A stretch of DNA of 58,829 bases, the filler included, from an uncultured bacterium (GTDB lineage: Bacteria > Auribacterota > CAZIXI01): assembly GCA_964543115.1 (NCBI GenBank). It is 3 parts of 3 records of this genome, joined end to end, with 100 filler letters (N's around TTAATTAATTAA, not from the genome) between each part and the next. Parts side by side here need not be neighbours in the genome. Positions count along the whole stretch, not along the records: positions 19,958 to 39,605 come from CAZIXI010000037.1; positions 39,706 to 58,829 come from CAZIXI010000039.1; 1 more part is not named here. One strand, given 5' to 3'. The position numbers were made by a program, and so were the translations under genes. This document shows positions 29,052 through 39,707 of the stretch, piece by piece. Position 1 is the first letter of the stretch. Every line of letters begins with the position of its first letter. The notes beneath the pieces are model-generated. The model was given only the letters and a program-made list of their open reading frames with translations, was not told where the DNA came from and searched no databases.

Positions 29052-30488
29052 ATGCATAGATTAAGAGCCAGATTTCATTTTGCGTATGTAGTGATTGACT
29101 TTGTCTGTTTAGCGGTCGCGTTTTATATCCCTTATCTTTGGCGTTATAATCCGGGATTATGGCGTTGTTTTATAGCCCCGTTATCTTGGGGGAGGTTAGA
29201 GTTAATTGCCTTACCGGAATATACCTCTGTTTTTTTGCTTTGGGCGGCTTTGGCGCTTTTTTCTCTACAGCGGTTTCATTTGTTTATGACCGATAGAAGC
29301 CTTTCGGCGCTCAGAGAGAGCTGGCAGGTTTGTAAGGCTTTGCTTTTTGCCGCTGTTCCCACTGCTGCCGCTGTATTTATATTGCAATATAAGGTTTATT
29401 CACGCCTTGTTTTCGCGGTTTCCTGGATCGGCGCTTTCATTCTGCTGTCTCTGTGGCGGCAGATAAAAAGGTATTATATCAGATATAGAATCAAAAAAGG
29501 ATTAGGGCTGGTGCGCGTAATGATTGTTGGCGCGGGGCAGGTTGCGGAAGTTGTGGTGCAAGAGATAAGCAATCATCCCTTTCTTGGTTTTGATATTGTT
29601 GGGCTTGTAAGCCAGGAAAGATTGCCAGGAGAAAAAGTCTTTGGCCTCAAGGTTCTGGGCAGTTATAACGATTTAGAACAAGTGATTCAAAAGTATTATT
29701 TAGACGAAATATTTGTTTCTGTAAACCTCCCGCCGCAGGAATTAGAAAGATTTGTTTTCGTTGCAAGAAAATTGGGTTGCGGGATTAAGGTTGTTCCCGA
29801 GGGGTTTAAGAACATTTATGGTGATTTTAAAACCTATAGCCTGGGGTATCTGCATTTTCTGGAATATGGCTTTAAAAAATTGCACGGCAGTGAGCTTTTT
29901 GTCAAAAGATTGTTGGATGTCGTGCTGGGTAGTCTGCTCTTATTGTTGTTTAGTCCCGTTTTTGTAATTTTCAGTGTGTTGATTAAATTGGCAGACCGTG
30001 GGCCGGTGTTTTATGTTTCTGCCAGGGCAGGGAGAAAGGGAAAATCGTTTAATTTTTATAAGTTCCGTTCGATGGTTGTGGGCGCGGATGGGTTGAAAGA
30101 AAATTTACGGGAGCAGAGTGAAGTTACCGGCCCTGTTTTTAAGATAAGGAAAGACCCGCGGATTACCGAGGTCGGCAGGTTTATGCGCCGTTATAGTATT
30201 GATGAATTGCCCCAATTGTGGAATGTGTTAAAGGGGGAGATGAGCCTGGTGGGGCCGCGGCCCCCGCTGCCGGATGAAGTGGAGAAATACGATCTTTGGC
30301 AGTTACGACGTCTTGAGGTAAGGCCGGGGGTGACCTGTCTCTGGCAGGTGCATGGCAGGAGTAATCTGGATTTCTACAAATGGGTGCAATGGGATCTCTG
30401 GTATATTGATAATTGGTCGTTATGGCTGGATTTGCGTATTTTGTTTTGGACAATTCCCGCGGTATTGCGAGGTGAAGGGGCGTATTAA
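29052..30488 (+). CDS. Polyprenyl glycosylphosphotransferase (WcaJ/WbaP family priming transferase)
   Basis: N-terminal TMs, IVGAG, YKFRSM, DPRITEVG, SIDELPQL, LVGPRP. Confidence 0.95.
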   Translation: MHRLRARFHFAYVVIDFVCLAVAFYIPYLWRYNPGLWRCFIAPLSWGRLELIALPEYTSVFLLWAALALFSLQRFHLFMTDRSLSALRESWQVCKALLFAAVPTAAAVFILQYKVYSRLVFAVSWIGAFILLSLWRQIKRYYIRYRIKKGLGLVRVMIVGAGQVAEVVVQEISNHPFLGFDIVGLVSQERLPGEKVFGLKVLGSYNDLEQVIQKYYLDEIFVSVNLPPQELERFVFVARKLGCGIKVVPEGFKNIYGDFKTYSLGYLHFLEYGFKKLHGSELFVKRLLDVVLGSLLLLLFSPVFVIFSVLIKLADRGPVFYVSARAGRKGKSFNFYKFRSMVVGADGLKENLREQSEVTGPVFKIRKDPRITEVGRFMRRYSIDELPQLWNVLKGEMSLVGPRPPLPDEVEKYDLWQLRRLEVRPGVTCLWQVHGRSNLDFYKWVQWDLWYIDNWSLWLDLRILFWTIPAVLRGEGAY

Positions 30489-30497
30489 ACGTCTTTT

Positions 30498-32393
30498 ATG
30501 AAGTATAGCTTTATTTTTATTCTCTGTATAATTATTCTCTTTGGCGCTTTGTTAAGGTTAGATCGTTTAGGTGAAAGGAGTCTCTGGTTTGATGAGGTCA
30601 TGGAGGTTATTGGGGCAGGGTTTGCTCCCGATTTGAAGGAAATAATCATTCCTTCTTTACCCGCTATTGATCCTCAGGCAAAAAGAGCAGAGCCGCAACT
30701 GAGTTTTTATTTTGTCCGGCAGGCGATCAGGAGGTATGGTGAAACGCCCTGGGCCATCAGGCTCCCTTCATTTATCGCCGGGAGTCTAACAGTTGCTATT
30801 ATTGCCTTCCTGGGGAGCAGTTTCTGGGGCAGAAAGGAAGGCTTGATCGCTGCCCTGCTGCTGGCGCTTTCTCCTTATCATATTACCCATTCCCAAGAGG
30901 CCCGGCCCTATGTGTTTCTTGTTTTCTTTTCTCTCTGTTCTGTCTGGTGTTTTTACCAATTATTGTTTGGCCGGCGGCTAAGGTGGCTAGCGCTGCTGGG
31001 ATTATTGCTGTGTACGAGCTTAAATGTCGCTAATTCTTTTGTGGCCTTTCATCTTATTTGTATTCAGGGGCTGTTCCTTGTTACCTACATTTTTTTTCGT
31101 AGAGACAAATCCTGGAAATTAATATTAATATGTTTAGCGGTAGGTGGAGTGGCGGCCTTTTTTTCTAGAGCGTTTATCGCTCATGGAGTCCATTTTGTCA
31201 TTAAGCATCTTGATCCGCAGCATGAAGTTAAATTTCTTGACTTTAATTGGAAGTTTTTTCGTGAGCTTATTAATTACTATATAATTCCTAACTATTCAGG
31301 CTGGTGGGCAAGAATAGCTGTCTGTTTATACGGCATTCTATTTGCCGGAGGATTAATTAGCTCTTATCGGAATAAATGGTTAACTCTCTTATTATTAATT
31401 TGGTTAGTGCTTCCTGTTGTGCTTGTTTTTACTTTGTTTAAACCCTTCGAGTATTTTAATCCGCGCTATCTTATTCTTCTCCTGCCGGTAATAATACTTA
31501 TAATAGCCAGAGGGATAGTTGTCTTCTTGGATCTGGGGGGGGTGATATTTGGAGGACGAAGAGTATGGTCTTATGTAATAGGCATTGGTTTATTGATAGG
31601 ATTACACCTTCATCCATTAATGAACTATCATCAAACGGAGAAGGATGATTGGTTGGGGGCCGCTGCTTATTTAAGGGAAAATATAGGCAAGGATGATGCT
31701 TTTATCGTCTCTCCTCCGGAAGATTACCAGACTTTTATCTATTATTTTGATCGCAGCCAGATCCATAGAGTTCCAGAAGTCAAGATCTTTAACAAAATAT
31801 CTCAGCAAGATTGCCCTTTTATTTGGCTGGTTAGTTATTCGGAGTCAGATTCTCATTGGCGGCAGCATTATAAAGATGCCTATGATGAATATAAAAAGTT
31901 CCGGGATAAATTGGAGGTTGTTGAACGGGTAGAATTTATCCCAAAGCCAATAATCTTAAAAACAGTTTATTTTGAGAATAAGAAAATAGTTGCAGTTGAT
32001 TTGGGGCAGAGTAAACGCCGGGGAGCGGAGTATGATCCCGGCTATGATATTTTATACCCGCAATCGTATAACCAATTGGGAAAGTTAGATCTGGAGATAG
32101 ATGCTTTGCCGGTGTCGTTTGCGGCCGCTTATTTACGGGTCCAGGTTTATGTGGTTTTTGAGGATAACTATTTACGTCTTTATCTTAATGATAAGCAGAT
32201 ACTTGATCTGCGGGGAGCGAAGGAGCAGCAGAGAGAGACAATCTTTATTCCGGTTACGAATTTGCTGAAAAAAGAGGGTAAGATTACCTTTAGCGGTGAA
32301 TTGTTTAGTGCCGAGGATAGTTCTCAGGAACTTTATGATGTGCGGGTGGAAGAGGTTATGCTCTTTTATGATTTGGGAGAAGGGTATGATTAA
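30498..32393 (+). CDS. GT39/ArnT-like polytopic glycosyltransferase with C-terminal soluble domain
   Basis: SLWFDE, IRLPS, HSQEARPY, RY loop. Confidence 0.85.
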   Translation: MKYSFIFILCIIILFGALLRLDRLGERSLWFDEVMEVIGAGFAPDLKEIIIPSLPAIDPQAKRAEPQLSFYFVRQAIRRYGETPWAIRLPSFIAGSLTVAIIAFLGSSFWGRKEGLIAALLLALSPYHITHSQEARPYVFLVFFSLCSVWCFYQLLFGRRLRWLALLGLLLCTSLNVANSFVAFHLICIQGLFLVTYIFFRRDKSWKLILICLAVGGVAAFFSRAFIAHGVHFVIKHLDPQHEVKFLDFNWKFFRELINYYIIPNYSGWWARIAVCLYGILFAGGLISSYRNKWLTLLLLIWLVLPVVLVFTLFKPFEYFNPRYLILLLPVIILIIARGIVVFLDLGGVIFGGRRVWSYVIGIGLLIGLHLHPLMNYHQTEKDDWLGAAAYLRENIGKDDAFIVSPPEDYQTFIYYFDRSQIHRVPEVKIFNKISQQDCPFIWLVSYSESDSHWRQHYKDAYDEYKKFRDKLEVVERVEFIPKPIILKTVYFENKKIVAVDLGQSKRRGAEYDPGYDILYPQSYNQLGKLDLEIDALPVSFAAAYLRVQVYVVFEDNYLRLYLNDKQILDLRGAKEQQRETIFIPVTNLLKKEGKITFSGELFSAEDSSQELYDVRVEEVMLFYDLGEGYD

Positions 32394-33531
32394 TCAGGGT
32401 GAAAAGACTATTGTTTTTCTTAACGCTTATACCAGAGGGATCAGCGGCGGTGATTTAAGGTTTATTGAGATTGCCAAGCGGGTATTTCCTCGGGGAACAG
32501 AGGTGGTTACTTCTCTCCTCGGCCGGCAGCTTTGTGAGAAAAAAGGATTGCAGGCGGAGTTTCAACTGACTTCCCGGGAAGATGTCTTTAGTTGTCTTTA
32601 TTTGACTTACTTAAAGCGGATTATTAATGCCTGGCGCCTGCTGCGGGGGCGGTGTGTGAAGAAGGGGACGATTATTTATGCCACATCGGATTTTTTCCCC
32701 GATGTTTTGCCGGCGTTCTGGCTGCGCTTGCGCAGCCGGAATAATTATTGGGTGCAGCTAGTGCATCATCTTATTCCTAATCCCTTGAGCCGGCCCGGTA
32801 ATCTGTTAACCAATCTGCTCTCGTTTATTTGTCAGCGTCTCAGTTTCTTTCTCATTCGCCTGCGGGCCGATCAGGTAATTACCATTGGGCCACAGCTGAC
32901 TGCTAAAATGCGCCGGTTTCTGCCGGAGCGTTGTTCGGTGGTTACCGGGTACAATGGAATAGACCTCAAAGAATTTGAAGATATCCTGGCGGATGGCACT
33001 AAAACTGCTGATGCAGTCTTTTTGGGCCGGTTGCATCCCAGTAAGGGGATTGAGGATTTACTGGCGATCTGGAAAAGGTTTAAGGAAGCCGGGAAAGATT
33101 ATTCACTGACTATTATTGGTGGCGGCGATGTTGCTTATCTGAATAGGTTAAGAGAGAAGGTGCAAGCTGATGGAACACAGAACTTAGTTTCTTTATTGGG
33201 ATACGTGGAAGAAGCCCGAGGTTATTTAAGTTCCGCCCGGCTGTTTGTTTTTCCCAGCTATGAGGAAGGGTGGGGGATTTCTATTTGTGAGGCCCTGGCC
33301 AGCAGACTGCCGGTCGTTGCCTATGATTTACCGGCCTATGATGTTTACGGCGATAGTATAGTAAAGGTATCTCAGGGAGATCTAGACAGTTTTGGCCGGC
33401 AGGTAGAGCGGTTATTGACTGATAACGCTTACCGGCAACAATTGGGTGAACAGGGGTATCAATTAGTGAAAGAATATAGCTGGGATAAGATTGCCCGGCG
33501 CGAAAAAGAATTATTGTATGAAAAGAGATAA
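32386..33531 (+). CDS. Glycosyltransferase family 4 (start revised to ATG 32386)
   Basis: GRLHPSKG, PSYEEGWGISICEALA, YSWDKIA; start overlaps upstream stop. Confidence 0.9.
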   Translation: MINQGEKTIVFLNAYTRGISGGDLRFIEIAKRVFPRGTEVVTSLLGRQLCEKKGLQAEFQLTSREDVFSCLYLTYLKRIINAWRLLRGRCVKKGTIIYATSDFFPDVLPAFWLRLRSRNNYWVQLVHHLIPNPLSRPGNLLTNLLSFICQRLSFFLIRLRADQVITIGPQLTAKMRRFLPERCSVVTGYNGIDLKEFEDILADGTKTADAVFLGRLHPSKGIEDLLAIWKRFKEAGKDYSLTIIGGGDVAYLNRLREKVQADGTQNLVSLLGYVEEARGYLSSARLFVFPSYEEGWGISICEALASRLPVVAYDLPAYDVYGDSIVKVSQGDLDSFGRQVERLLTDNAYRQQLGEQGYQLVKEYSWDKIARREKELLYEKR

Positions 33532-36142
33532 GGATTCAGTCTATTTCTGGGCCATTATTATTGTTTTCAGCGCGTTGCGTGTCGTTAAGGCTATTCTGGA
33601 GCCAATCACCTATGATGAGGCCTTTTCTTTTCTGCATTATGCGTGCAAAAGTATAGCGGTGATTTTCTCTGACTATACATTTCCCAATAATCATATCCTG
33701 AATTCCCTACTGATGAAGTTAACCACCAACATATTCGGGAACAGTGAATTAATTCTCCGGCTGCCATCCGTGATCGGAGGGATTTTCTCTGCTATTATAA
33801 TTTATAAATTGAGCATTATGTTGATTCCCAGGAAAATTATGCGTTTTTTCTTTCTCCTTCTGGTGCTCTCGAATCCCTTCCTGATCAAATTCCAGTATGA
33901 AGCACGGGGCTATAGTCTGGGGATGGGCTTTTGTTTCCTGGCCTTGTATTACCTCTATAAGTTTTTCGCGGGGGAGTATGACAGCGCTACAAAAAGAAAG
34001 CTGGCCGGCGTTTTTTTGTTAGTTACCAGTTGCTTTGTTTTGGCGCTTGGTGCCGTACCCACCTATATCAATTCATTCATGGCTATCTGGATTGCCTTTT
34101 TTGTTGTTAATTTCTTTGGCTGGTCCGGAGGGCGGCCGCGACTGGCAATAAAGAAATTCACGCAGGCGTTCTTTTTTATAATTATTCCCACAGCCATTTT
34201 GACCAAAATATTCTATCTCCAGATAAGTGTGGATCCGAGTAAAATTCATATTGGTCTTTCGCTGCCGAGAGTGTTGCGTGAATATATAAATTTTATTTTT
34301 TTATATCTCAGATATCCTCCGGAAGCGCGGCCGTGGGTTACAGTAGCGTATTTATTATCAGCGGTGACGCTGATCGGCCTGTTTTACAATATAGTTACCG
34401 GCAGAAAAAGGAAGTTGGTGTTATATGTTATCTTTCTTTCCGTTGTCGGCCTTATCTGCTTTGAATACCTGGCTCTAGGCATTCGCGCACCTTATTCTCG
34501 GGCATTCATTTTTACCATCCCGCTGTTGTATTTTTTTATTATTGATTTTAGCGAAATGATAGGTAGGATTAAGATAAAGGGCAGGTATTACCTGCATTAT
34601 CTCTGTTTGTTGCTGCCGGCAGCGCTGATTGCCGCCAATGTTTTAAATATCCATTTTGCCAGTTATTACCAAGTAGAAGACGATTTGGCGTTAAAACAGA
34701 TAATGCTGCTTTTCGAGCGGGAAGGGATAAATAGAACTGAGTTTACAACACTCTGGGATCTGGATCCACAAACTCAATATTACAATCAACGTTTAGGCCT
34801 GAGGCTTAAAGTGAAAAGACGAGATCCTTCCGATTACCGGATAGTAAAGGCACCCCGGAAACACCGGGAAAAGGACGTCTTGTATTCTGGTTATGGATTT
34901 CAGTTGCTCAAGATGAATAATCTGGTTGCCGAGTTTGCAGAACCATTTATTATAGAAGATGAAAGTGTATATAATATTTCTTTTTCGCTGACCGGGAAGT
35001 TTGTTTGGGAAGAAATAATTAGAGAAATTTTTCCTGAACTTGATAGTTGGCAGGCAGACAGCAATAATGTTGACTATCAGCTCACAGCGGGGCCCGTGGA
35101 TCTTGTTGTTGCCGCGCTTCAGTTTGACGGGGGAAAAGATGAAGATGAATTCTTAAGAATCGCCAAGGAGCTGGATATAGACTTAAGAAAGTATAGACAC
35201 CTGCGGATGAGTTATAAAGTTACGGATCCGGAAATTCAGACGGTAGAACTAGTTGCCCTCCTGGACCTTGACAATGATAAGCAGGATGATGTTATTCTCA
35301 AAACGCAGGCATCTCCCAATATGATAAATTATGCGGAATGGAACTGGGATATTTATGGGCATGCCCGGGATAAGTTCCCGGAGCTCAATATCGAGCAGTG
35401 CCGTCTGTTAAAATTGGAAATATATTTCCATAAACAATGGCATACTGACTGTTCAGGGAAGAAGCAGGGGAGATATGTCTTCTGGATTAGGGACTTGCAT
35501 TTTTTCGAAGAGATTGACCAAATGTTGTTTGCCGCGGGCAAGAGCCAGGTAAGGCTTGAAGGAGAGGTGGAAAATATAAACTTAAAAGATAACGTCTTTG
35601 AGCGTTCTATAACTACGGATAAATTAGATGTCACGGTGGTGCCGGGTTTATGTCTTGCGGTTTCTTTTACGGAGCAGATTACCCTTGGCCAACAGATAAA
35701 TTTAGTGCTTGAACTACTGGACGATACTGGAAAACAGCGCAGCCTGCTGCTCGATACCGTTAATTTTGACCAATTTCTCGAACCTGTGGTTTATGATCTT
35801 ACTAAAATTATTCCGGCTGAATCTATTAAGATAACAAAGATAAAGGTAACAACCAGAAAGGATCTTAGTTTGGACCGCAACATTAACCTGGACGGTAATG
35901 TTGCAGGGTTTACCTTCTTTAGCCAAAAAACGATATCTCCGCCTGATCTGAAATTCTGTTTTCTCCTTGATGGCAAACCCCTGGCTTGCGAGAAAGAGGT
36001 GGAAGTAAACAAGGGGGGAAATGCCGTTACCTACAATTTTAACGGTGAGTCGGAACTAGGGAAAGGCGAACATCTGCTGACCTATACCTGCCTGGATAAT
36101 ATTGAGGTTGTGCCGGGAGAGATATATATAAATGAAAAATAA
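33518..36142 (+). CDS. GT39-like polytopic glycosyltransferase with large C-terminal region containing the shared FDG/EIY-HK-W domain
   Basis: ITYDEAFSF, NNHILNS, LRLPS, EARGY; domain at 35105-35506. Confidence 0.8.
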   Translation: MKRDKDSVYFWAIIIVFSALRVVKAILEPITYDEAFSFLHYACKSIAVIFSDYTFPNNHILNSLLMKLTTNIFGNSELILRLPSVIGGIFSAIIIYKLSIMLIPRKIMRFFFLLLVLSNPFLIKFQYEARGYSLGMGFCFLALYYLYKFFAGEYDSATKRKLAGVFLLVTSCFVLALGAVPTYINSFMAIWIAFFVVNFFGWSGGRPRLAIKKFTQAFFFIIIPTAILTKIFYLQISVDPSKIHIGLSLPRVLREYINFIFLYLRYPPEARPWVTVAYLLSAVTLIGLFYNIVTGRKRKLVLYVIFLSVVGLICFEYLALGIRAPYSRAFIFTIPLLYFFIIDFSEMIGRIKIKGRYYLHYLCLLLPAALIAANVLNIHFASYYQVEDDLALKQIMLLFEREGINRTEFTTLWDLDPQTQYYNQRLGLRLKVKRRDPSDYRIVKAPRKHREKDVLYSGYGFQLLKMNNLVAEFAEPFIIEDESVYNISFSLTGKFVWEEIIREIFPELDSWQADSNNVDYQLTAGPVDLVVAALQFDGGKDEDEFLRIAKELDIDLRKYRHLRMSYKVTDPEIQTVELVALLDLDNDKQDDVILKTQASPNMINYAEWNWDIYGHARDKFPELNIEQCRLLKLEIYFHKQWHTDCSGKKQGRYVFWIRDLHFFEEIDQMLFAAGKSQVRLEGEVENINLKDNVFERSITTDKLDVTVVPGLCLAVSFTEQITLGQQINLVLELLDDTGKQRSLLLDTVNFDQFLEPVVYDLTKIIPAESIKITKIKVTTRKDLSLDRNINLDGNVAGFTFFSQKTISPPDLKFCFLLDGKPLACEKEVEVNKGGNAVTYNFNGESELGKGEHLLTYTCLDNIEVVPGEIYINEK

Positions 36143-39100
36143 AGCAACTAACCGAAGGCACTTTTATATCTTTATTTTTTTCTTCTTGCTTAGCGTTGCA
36201 GTTACTTTTCCTTTTATCGGCAATCTTGGTAAGATATGCTTTAAAGGCGGTGATCCATCATTAAACGTCTGGGCGCTTGACTGGCAGCTGGAGCAATTGA
36301 CCGCGGGGAATCTTGCCGGGCTCTTCCGGGGCAATATGTTTTACCCGACGACGAGTGATACAATATTATATTCAGAACATATGTTTTCCACAGTCTTGCT
36401 GACCTGGCCCGTCTACCTGATTAGCGGAAATCCCCAATTGTGCGCTGACTTGGCCATTTTTATCTCCTTTGTCTTTGCCGGGTTTGGCATGTACATGCTG
36501 GGCTTTCAGCTGACTCGTAACCATTGGGCCGGGATAATATTCGCGTTCAGTGAATTCCGTGTTTATATTTGGCCTTACTTGCAGCTAACGGCGGTTGCCT
36601 ATATGCCGTTTGCCCTGTTGTGCCTGCATAAACTATTTCAAGACTTCAAGTGGCGCTACCTGCTACTCTTTACTTTACTATACCTATTGCAGGCACTGGC
36701 CTGCGGCTACTACTTTTTGTTTTTCTCCCTGATCGCGGCGCTGGTAATTGTTTTATTCTTGCTGACGGATTCCAATTATAAAAGGATAACGCCCTGGCTG
36801 CGGTTGGGAGTATTTGTTCTATTGGCTGCGCCGGTAATCGGTGTTTTTTACGCGCCGTATCTGCAGCTGCAAGACAACTTTAATTTCACCAGGCCATTTT
36901 TCCTAACGGTGCATTTTGGGGCAAGGCTGATTAATTATATTTCCAATGGCCACTCCTGGTTATGGAGTAACTTAACGGGTAAGTTTGGCGGTATTGAACA
37001 CTACCTGGGATTTGGCTTTCTGGCCTTAGCCCTGGCGGTTTGCGCGCTTTTTCCGCCTTTAGTCAGGACTGGAAAAGTATCACGGTTGTTTTTTAAGATT
37101 CTCCAGCTGGTGATACTAATCATAATCGTTACCTTTTTAGTAAGAGATATAGATAATCAAAGCCAGGCCCATATTCTGGCTCGGACGGTGATATTTTATG
37201 GAGCAATTATCTATCTGTTTTGCCAAAATCCGTTTAGGAGATGGTTAGTGGATAGCTTTAATAATCAACGGCTGATTTATATCGCCATAACCCTGCTCTG
37301 CCTGCTAATGTCCTTCGGATCATACTTGAGAATTGGTAAATTGTTTTTCGTCTACGGTCCTTATTATTTTTGTTATAAATATATTCCCGGTTTTTCCGGT
37401 ATCCGGGCCATTTCCCGGTTTGGGGGATTGATTACTGTGGGGATTGCTCCGCTGGCGGCCTTTGGTTTTAGTGATATATTTAAACGGCTGCCCGGGAAGA
37501 CCAAGTATCTGTTCGCTGTTATCGTTCCCGCTTTACTGCTCGCAGAGTACTTTCCTGCCCCCAGGTACCGTCCGCAATTAACTAAATCGCAGGAAATACC
37601 GGCTATTTATCAATGGCTGGAACAACAGCAGGGAGATTTCGCGATACTTGAACTCCCCTTACATGAAACGGAAGACCACGAAACATATTATCTCTATGGC
37701 TCGATGTTTCATCATAAAAGGCTGGTAAATGGTTTTTCAGGCTACGTTTATCCTCCTTTTACCAAACTTCGCGAGATAATCAATGGTTCCCTGCCCAATC
37801 AGGAAGCAATAAGGGCAATTACCGCTTTTGGTCCACGTTATATTATTATTCATAAAGATAAAAATATATCTGAATATCCTTCTAAGCTGGGTGACTATGA
37901 ATTGATTCAGACCATAGATGATTCCCTGATCTATGAGTTCTCCAACGCGGTTCCTCAAATGTTGAAACCTGCTAATATCCTCCAATACCTGGCATTGGAC
38001 GGTCCAGATGGATTAAAGTTAGAGACAGGAGGCTATTTCATAAATGATAAAAAGATCGAATTGCAAAACATTGCCTACTGGCACGCGGGGGAGGAGGTAA
38101 TACGGAAAAAAAGGACAAAAATTATTTGGCCCTGTCTCTGGACGCCGAAAACAAGCATTTCTCTGGGAACATTGATACCGGAAGGTATCAACGAAGGTTA
38201 TTTAGAAGTTTCTGCCGCTGCCAGCAGGGAAGAAAAGCAGATATGTCATTATAAGATAAGCAGGAAACATGTTTCCTTGGCTGAAGATGAAATCAATATC
38301 ATTCATCCCGGTGAATATTATCTATCCTATGCTTTGACGGGCAAGGAAGCTGTTTTCCTGCGGGAAAAAGAAACAGGCTGGCTGGAAACATTTCACCCTT
38401 TAACAGAACTAGACAATTGGCAGATAACTTCGTCAAACGCAAGCTATGAGTTCAGCAACACAGATTTATGGTTTTTGCGCGCGGACATTGTCTTTGACGG
38501 AGACGGTGCTGAAGATGAACTGGTTAGATTGACTAAGGACCTTAACGTTAATCTTGGTCAATACAAATATCTAAAGATGCTTTACAAGCTAGAGGATTGT
38601 CAGGCCCAGACAATAGAGCTTATTCTGCACCTGGACACGAACGGAGACGGGGAGCCGGATGAGGCGCTGCGGCAGTATACCAATTTGCCTTATACAACGA
38701 TCAGCGAATACATCTGGCCGGTAGGAGAACATGCGGCAGCCGTTTATCCCGCTGGCGGGAATATTTCCGTGAAGAGGATAGAGATTTATTTTCATAAGGT
38801 ATGGGGAGTGAATTGTTCCGGCGCCCGCAAAAAGAATTACCAATTTCAACTGGGCAAAATCTCTTTTCTCAACCTGGAAGAGATTACTGCCTACCGCTAC
38901 GGCAATGACCGCCTGGAAGATGTCAATTTAGAAACATATCCACTGCTGGAAATAGTTGTCGACGAAAAATATATTGATAAGCATAAGGCAGAAGTGTATT
39001 TAGATATAAAAGATAAAAACAGCCGTTCCCGGGAAACCATCTTACTGGATGAAATAAAAGATGCGATTCCCGGAGAAAATAACTATACTTATAATTTAAG

Positions 39101-39404
39101 GGATTTACTTAGCGTTAGATATCCTGCTCCAACCGGACTCTTTATCAGCGCCTTGCCGCTCTCGCCCGGTATCAGAGAGGCCACTTTTCTTAAGCAGAAT
39201 ATTCTTAATCTTGCCGATTTGGTAACAGTAAGCGTTGATAATGAAAAGATTTTCTGGGGGAAAAAGGATACAGATTTGGGCACCTGCTTTTACGCTAGAA
39301 TTTATTTCCGCGAAGCCGGGCGCAAAAAAATACAAATAAAGGTCAAGGACGAGGATTTGTTGCGGGAGCAATGCCTGATACTTACCGTCTTGGAAAAACG
39401 TTAA
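36132..39404 (+). CDS. 1090-aa polytopic GT-C-like membrane protein with large C-terminal region containing the shared domain
   Basis: GDPSLNVW, YSEH, RAISRF, ELP, LVNGFSGY; domain at 38475-38870. Confidence 0.75.
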   Translation: MKNKATNRRHFYIFIFFFLLSVAVTFPFIGNLGKICFKGGDPSLNVWALDWQLEQLTAGNLAGLFRGNMFYPTTSDTILYSEHMFSTVLLTWPVYLISGNPQLCADLAIFISFVFAGFGMYMLGFQLTRNHWAGIIFAFSEFRVYIWPYLQLTAVAYMPFALLCLHKLFQDFKWRYLLLFTLLYLLQALACGYYFLFFSLIAALVIVLFLLTDSNYKRITPWLRLGVFVLLAAPVIGVFYAPYLQLQDNFNFTRPFFLTVHFGARLINYISNGHSWLWSNLTGKFGGIEHYLGFGFLALALAVCALFPPLVRTGKVSRLFFKILQLVILIIIVTFLVRDIDNQSQAHILARTVIFYGAIIYLFCQNPFRRWLVDSFNNQRLIYIAITLLCLLMSFGSYLRIGKLFFVYGPYYFCYKYIPGFSGIRAISRFGGLITVGIAPLAAFGFSDIFKRLPGKTKYLFAVIVPALLLAEYFPAPRYRPQLTKSQEIPAIYQWLEQQQGDFAILELPLHETEDHETYYLYGSMFHHKRLVNGFSGYVYPPFTKLREIINGSLPNQEAIRAITAFGPRYIIIHKDKNISEYPSKLGDYELIQTIDDSLIYEFSNAVPQMLKPANILQYLALDGPDGLKLETGGYFINDKKIELQNIAYWHAGEEVIRKKRTKIIWPCLWTPKTSISLGTLIPEGINEGYLEVSAAASREEKQICHYKISRKHVSLAEDEINIIHPGEYYLSYALTGKEAVFLREKETGWLETFHPLTELDNWQITSSNASYEFSNTDLWFLRADIVFDGDGAEDELVRLTKDLNVNLGQYKYLKMLYKLEDCQAQTIELILHLDTNGDGEPDEALRQYTNLPYTTISEYIWPVGEHAAAVYPAGGNISVKRIEIYFHKVWGVNCSGARKKNYQFQLGKISFLNLEEITAYRYGNDRLEDVNLETYPLLEIVVDEKYIDKHKAEVYLDIKDKNSRSRETILLDEIKDAIPGENNYTYNLRDLLSVRYPAPTGLFISALPLSPGIREATFLKQNILNLADLVTVSVDNEKIFWGKKDTDLGTCFYARIYFREAGRKKIQIKVKDEDLLREQCLILTVLEKR

Positions 39405-39466
39405 CCTTTGGATTATTACCCCAGACGGTAAAGGACTAGTAAGAATAGAAAGGTTATAATTGAGGG

Positions 39467-39605
39467 ATGCCAACTATGTTGCCAAAAAAGACAGTTTTTC
39501 TGACTTTACTTTGCCTGTTTCTCCTGGCCTCTTTTCTGGCCTGGCGTAATCTTGGCCTGCAGGATGAAGTTTGCGGCGGTGATGCCGGGTGTGTGTTGTT
39601 GTTTC
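39467..39605 (+). CDS. N-terminal fragment of a membrane/secreted protein, truncated by the spacer
   Basis: GAGGG RBS, hydrophobic N-terminus; too short to assign. Confidence 0.35.
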
Positions 39606-39705
39606 NNNNNNNNNNNNNNNNNNNNNNNNNNNNNNNNNNNNNNNNNNNNTTAATTAATTAANNNNNNNNNNNNNNNNNNNNNNNNNNNNNNNNNNNNNNN
39701 NNNNN
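39606..39705. other. Artificial contig spacer (44 N + TTAATTAATTAA + 44 N)
   Basis: Same structure as 19858-19957. Confidence 0.97.
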
Positions 39706-39707
39706 AA

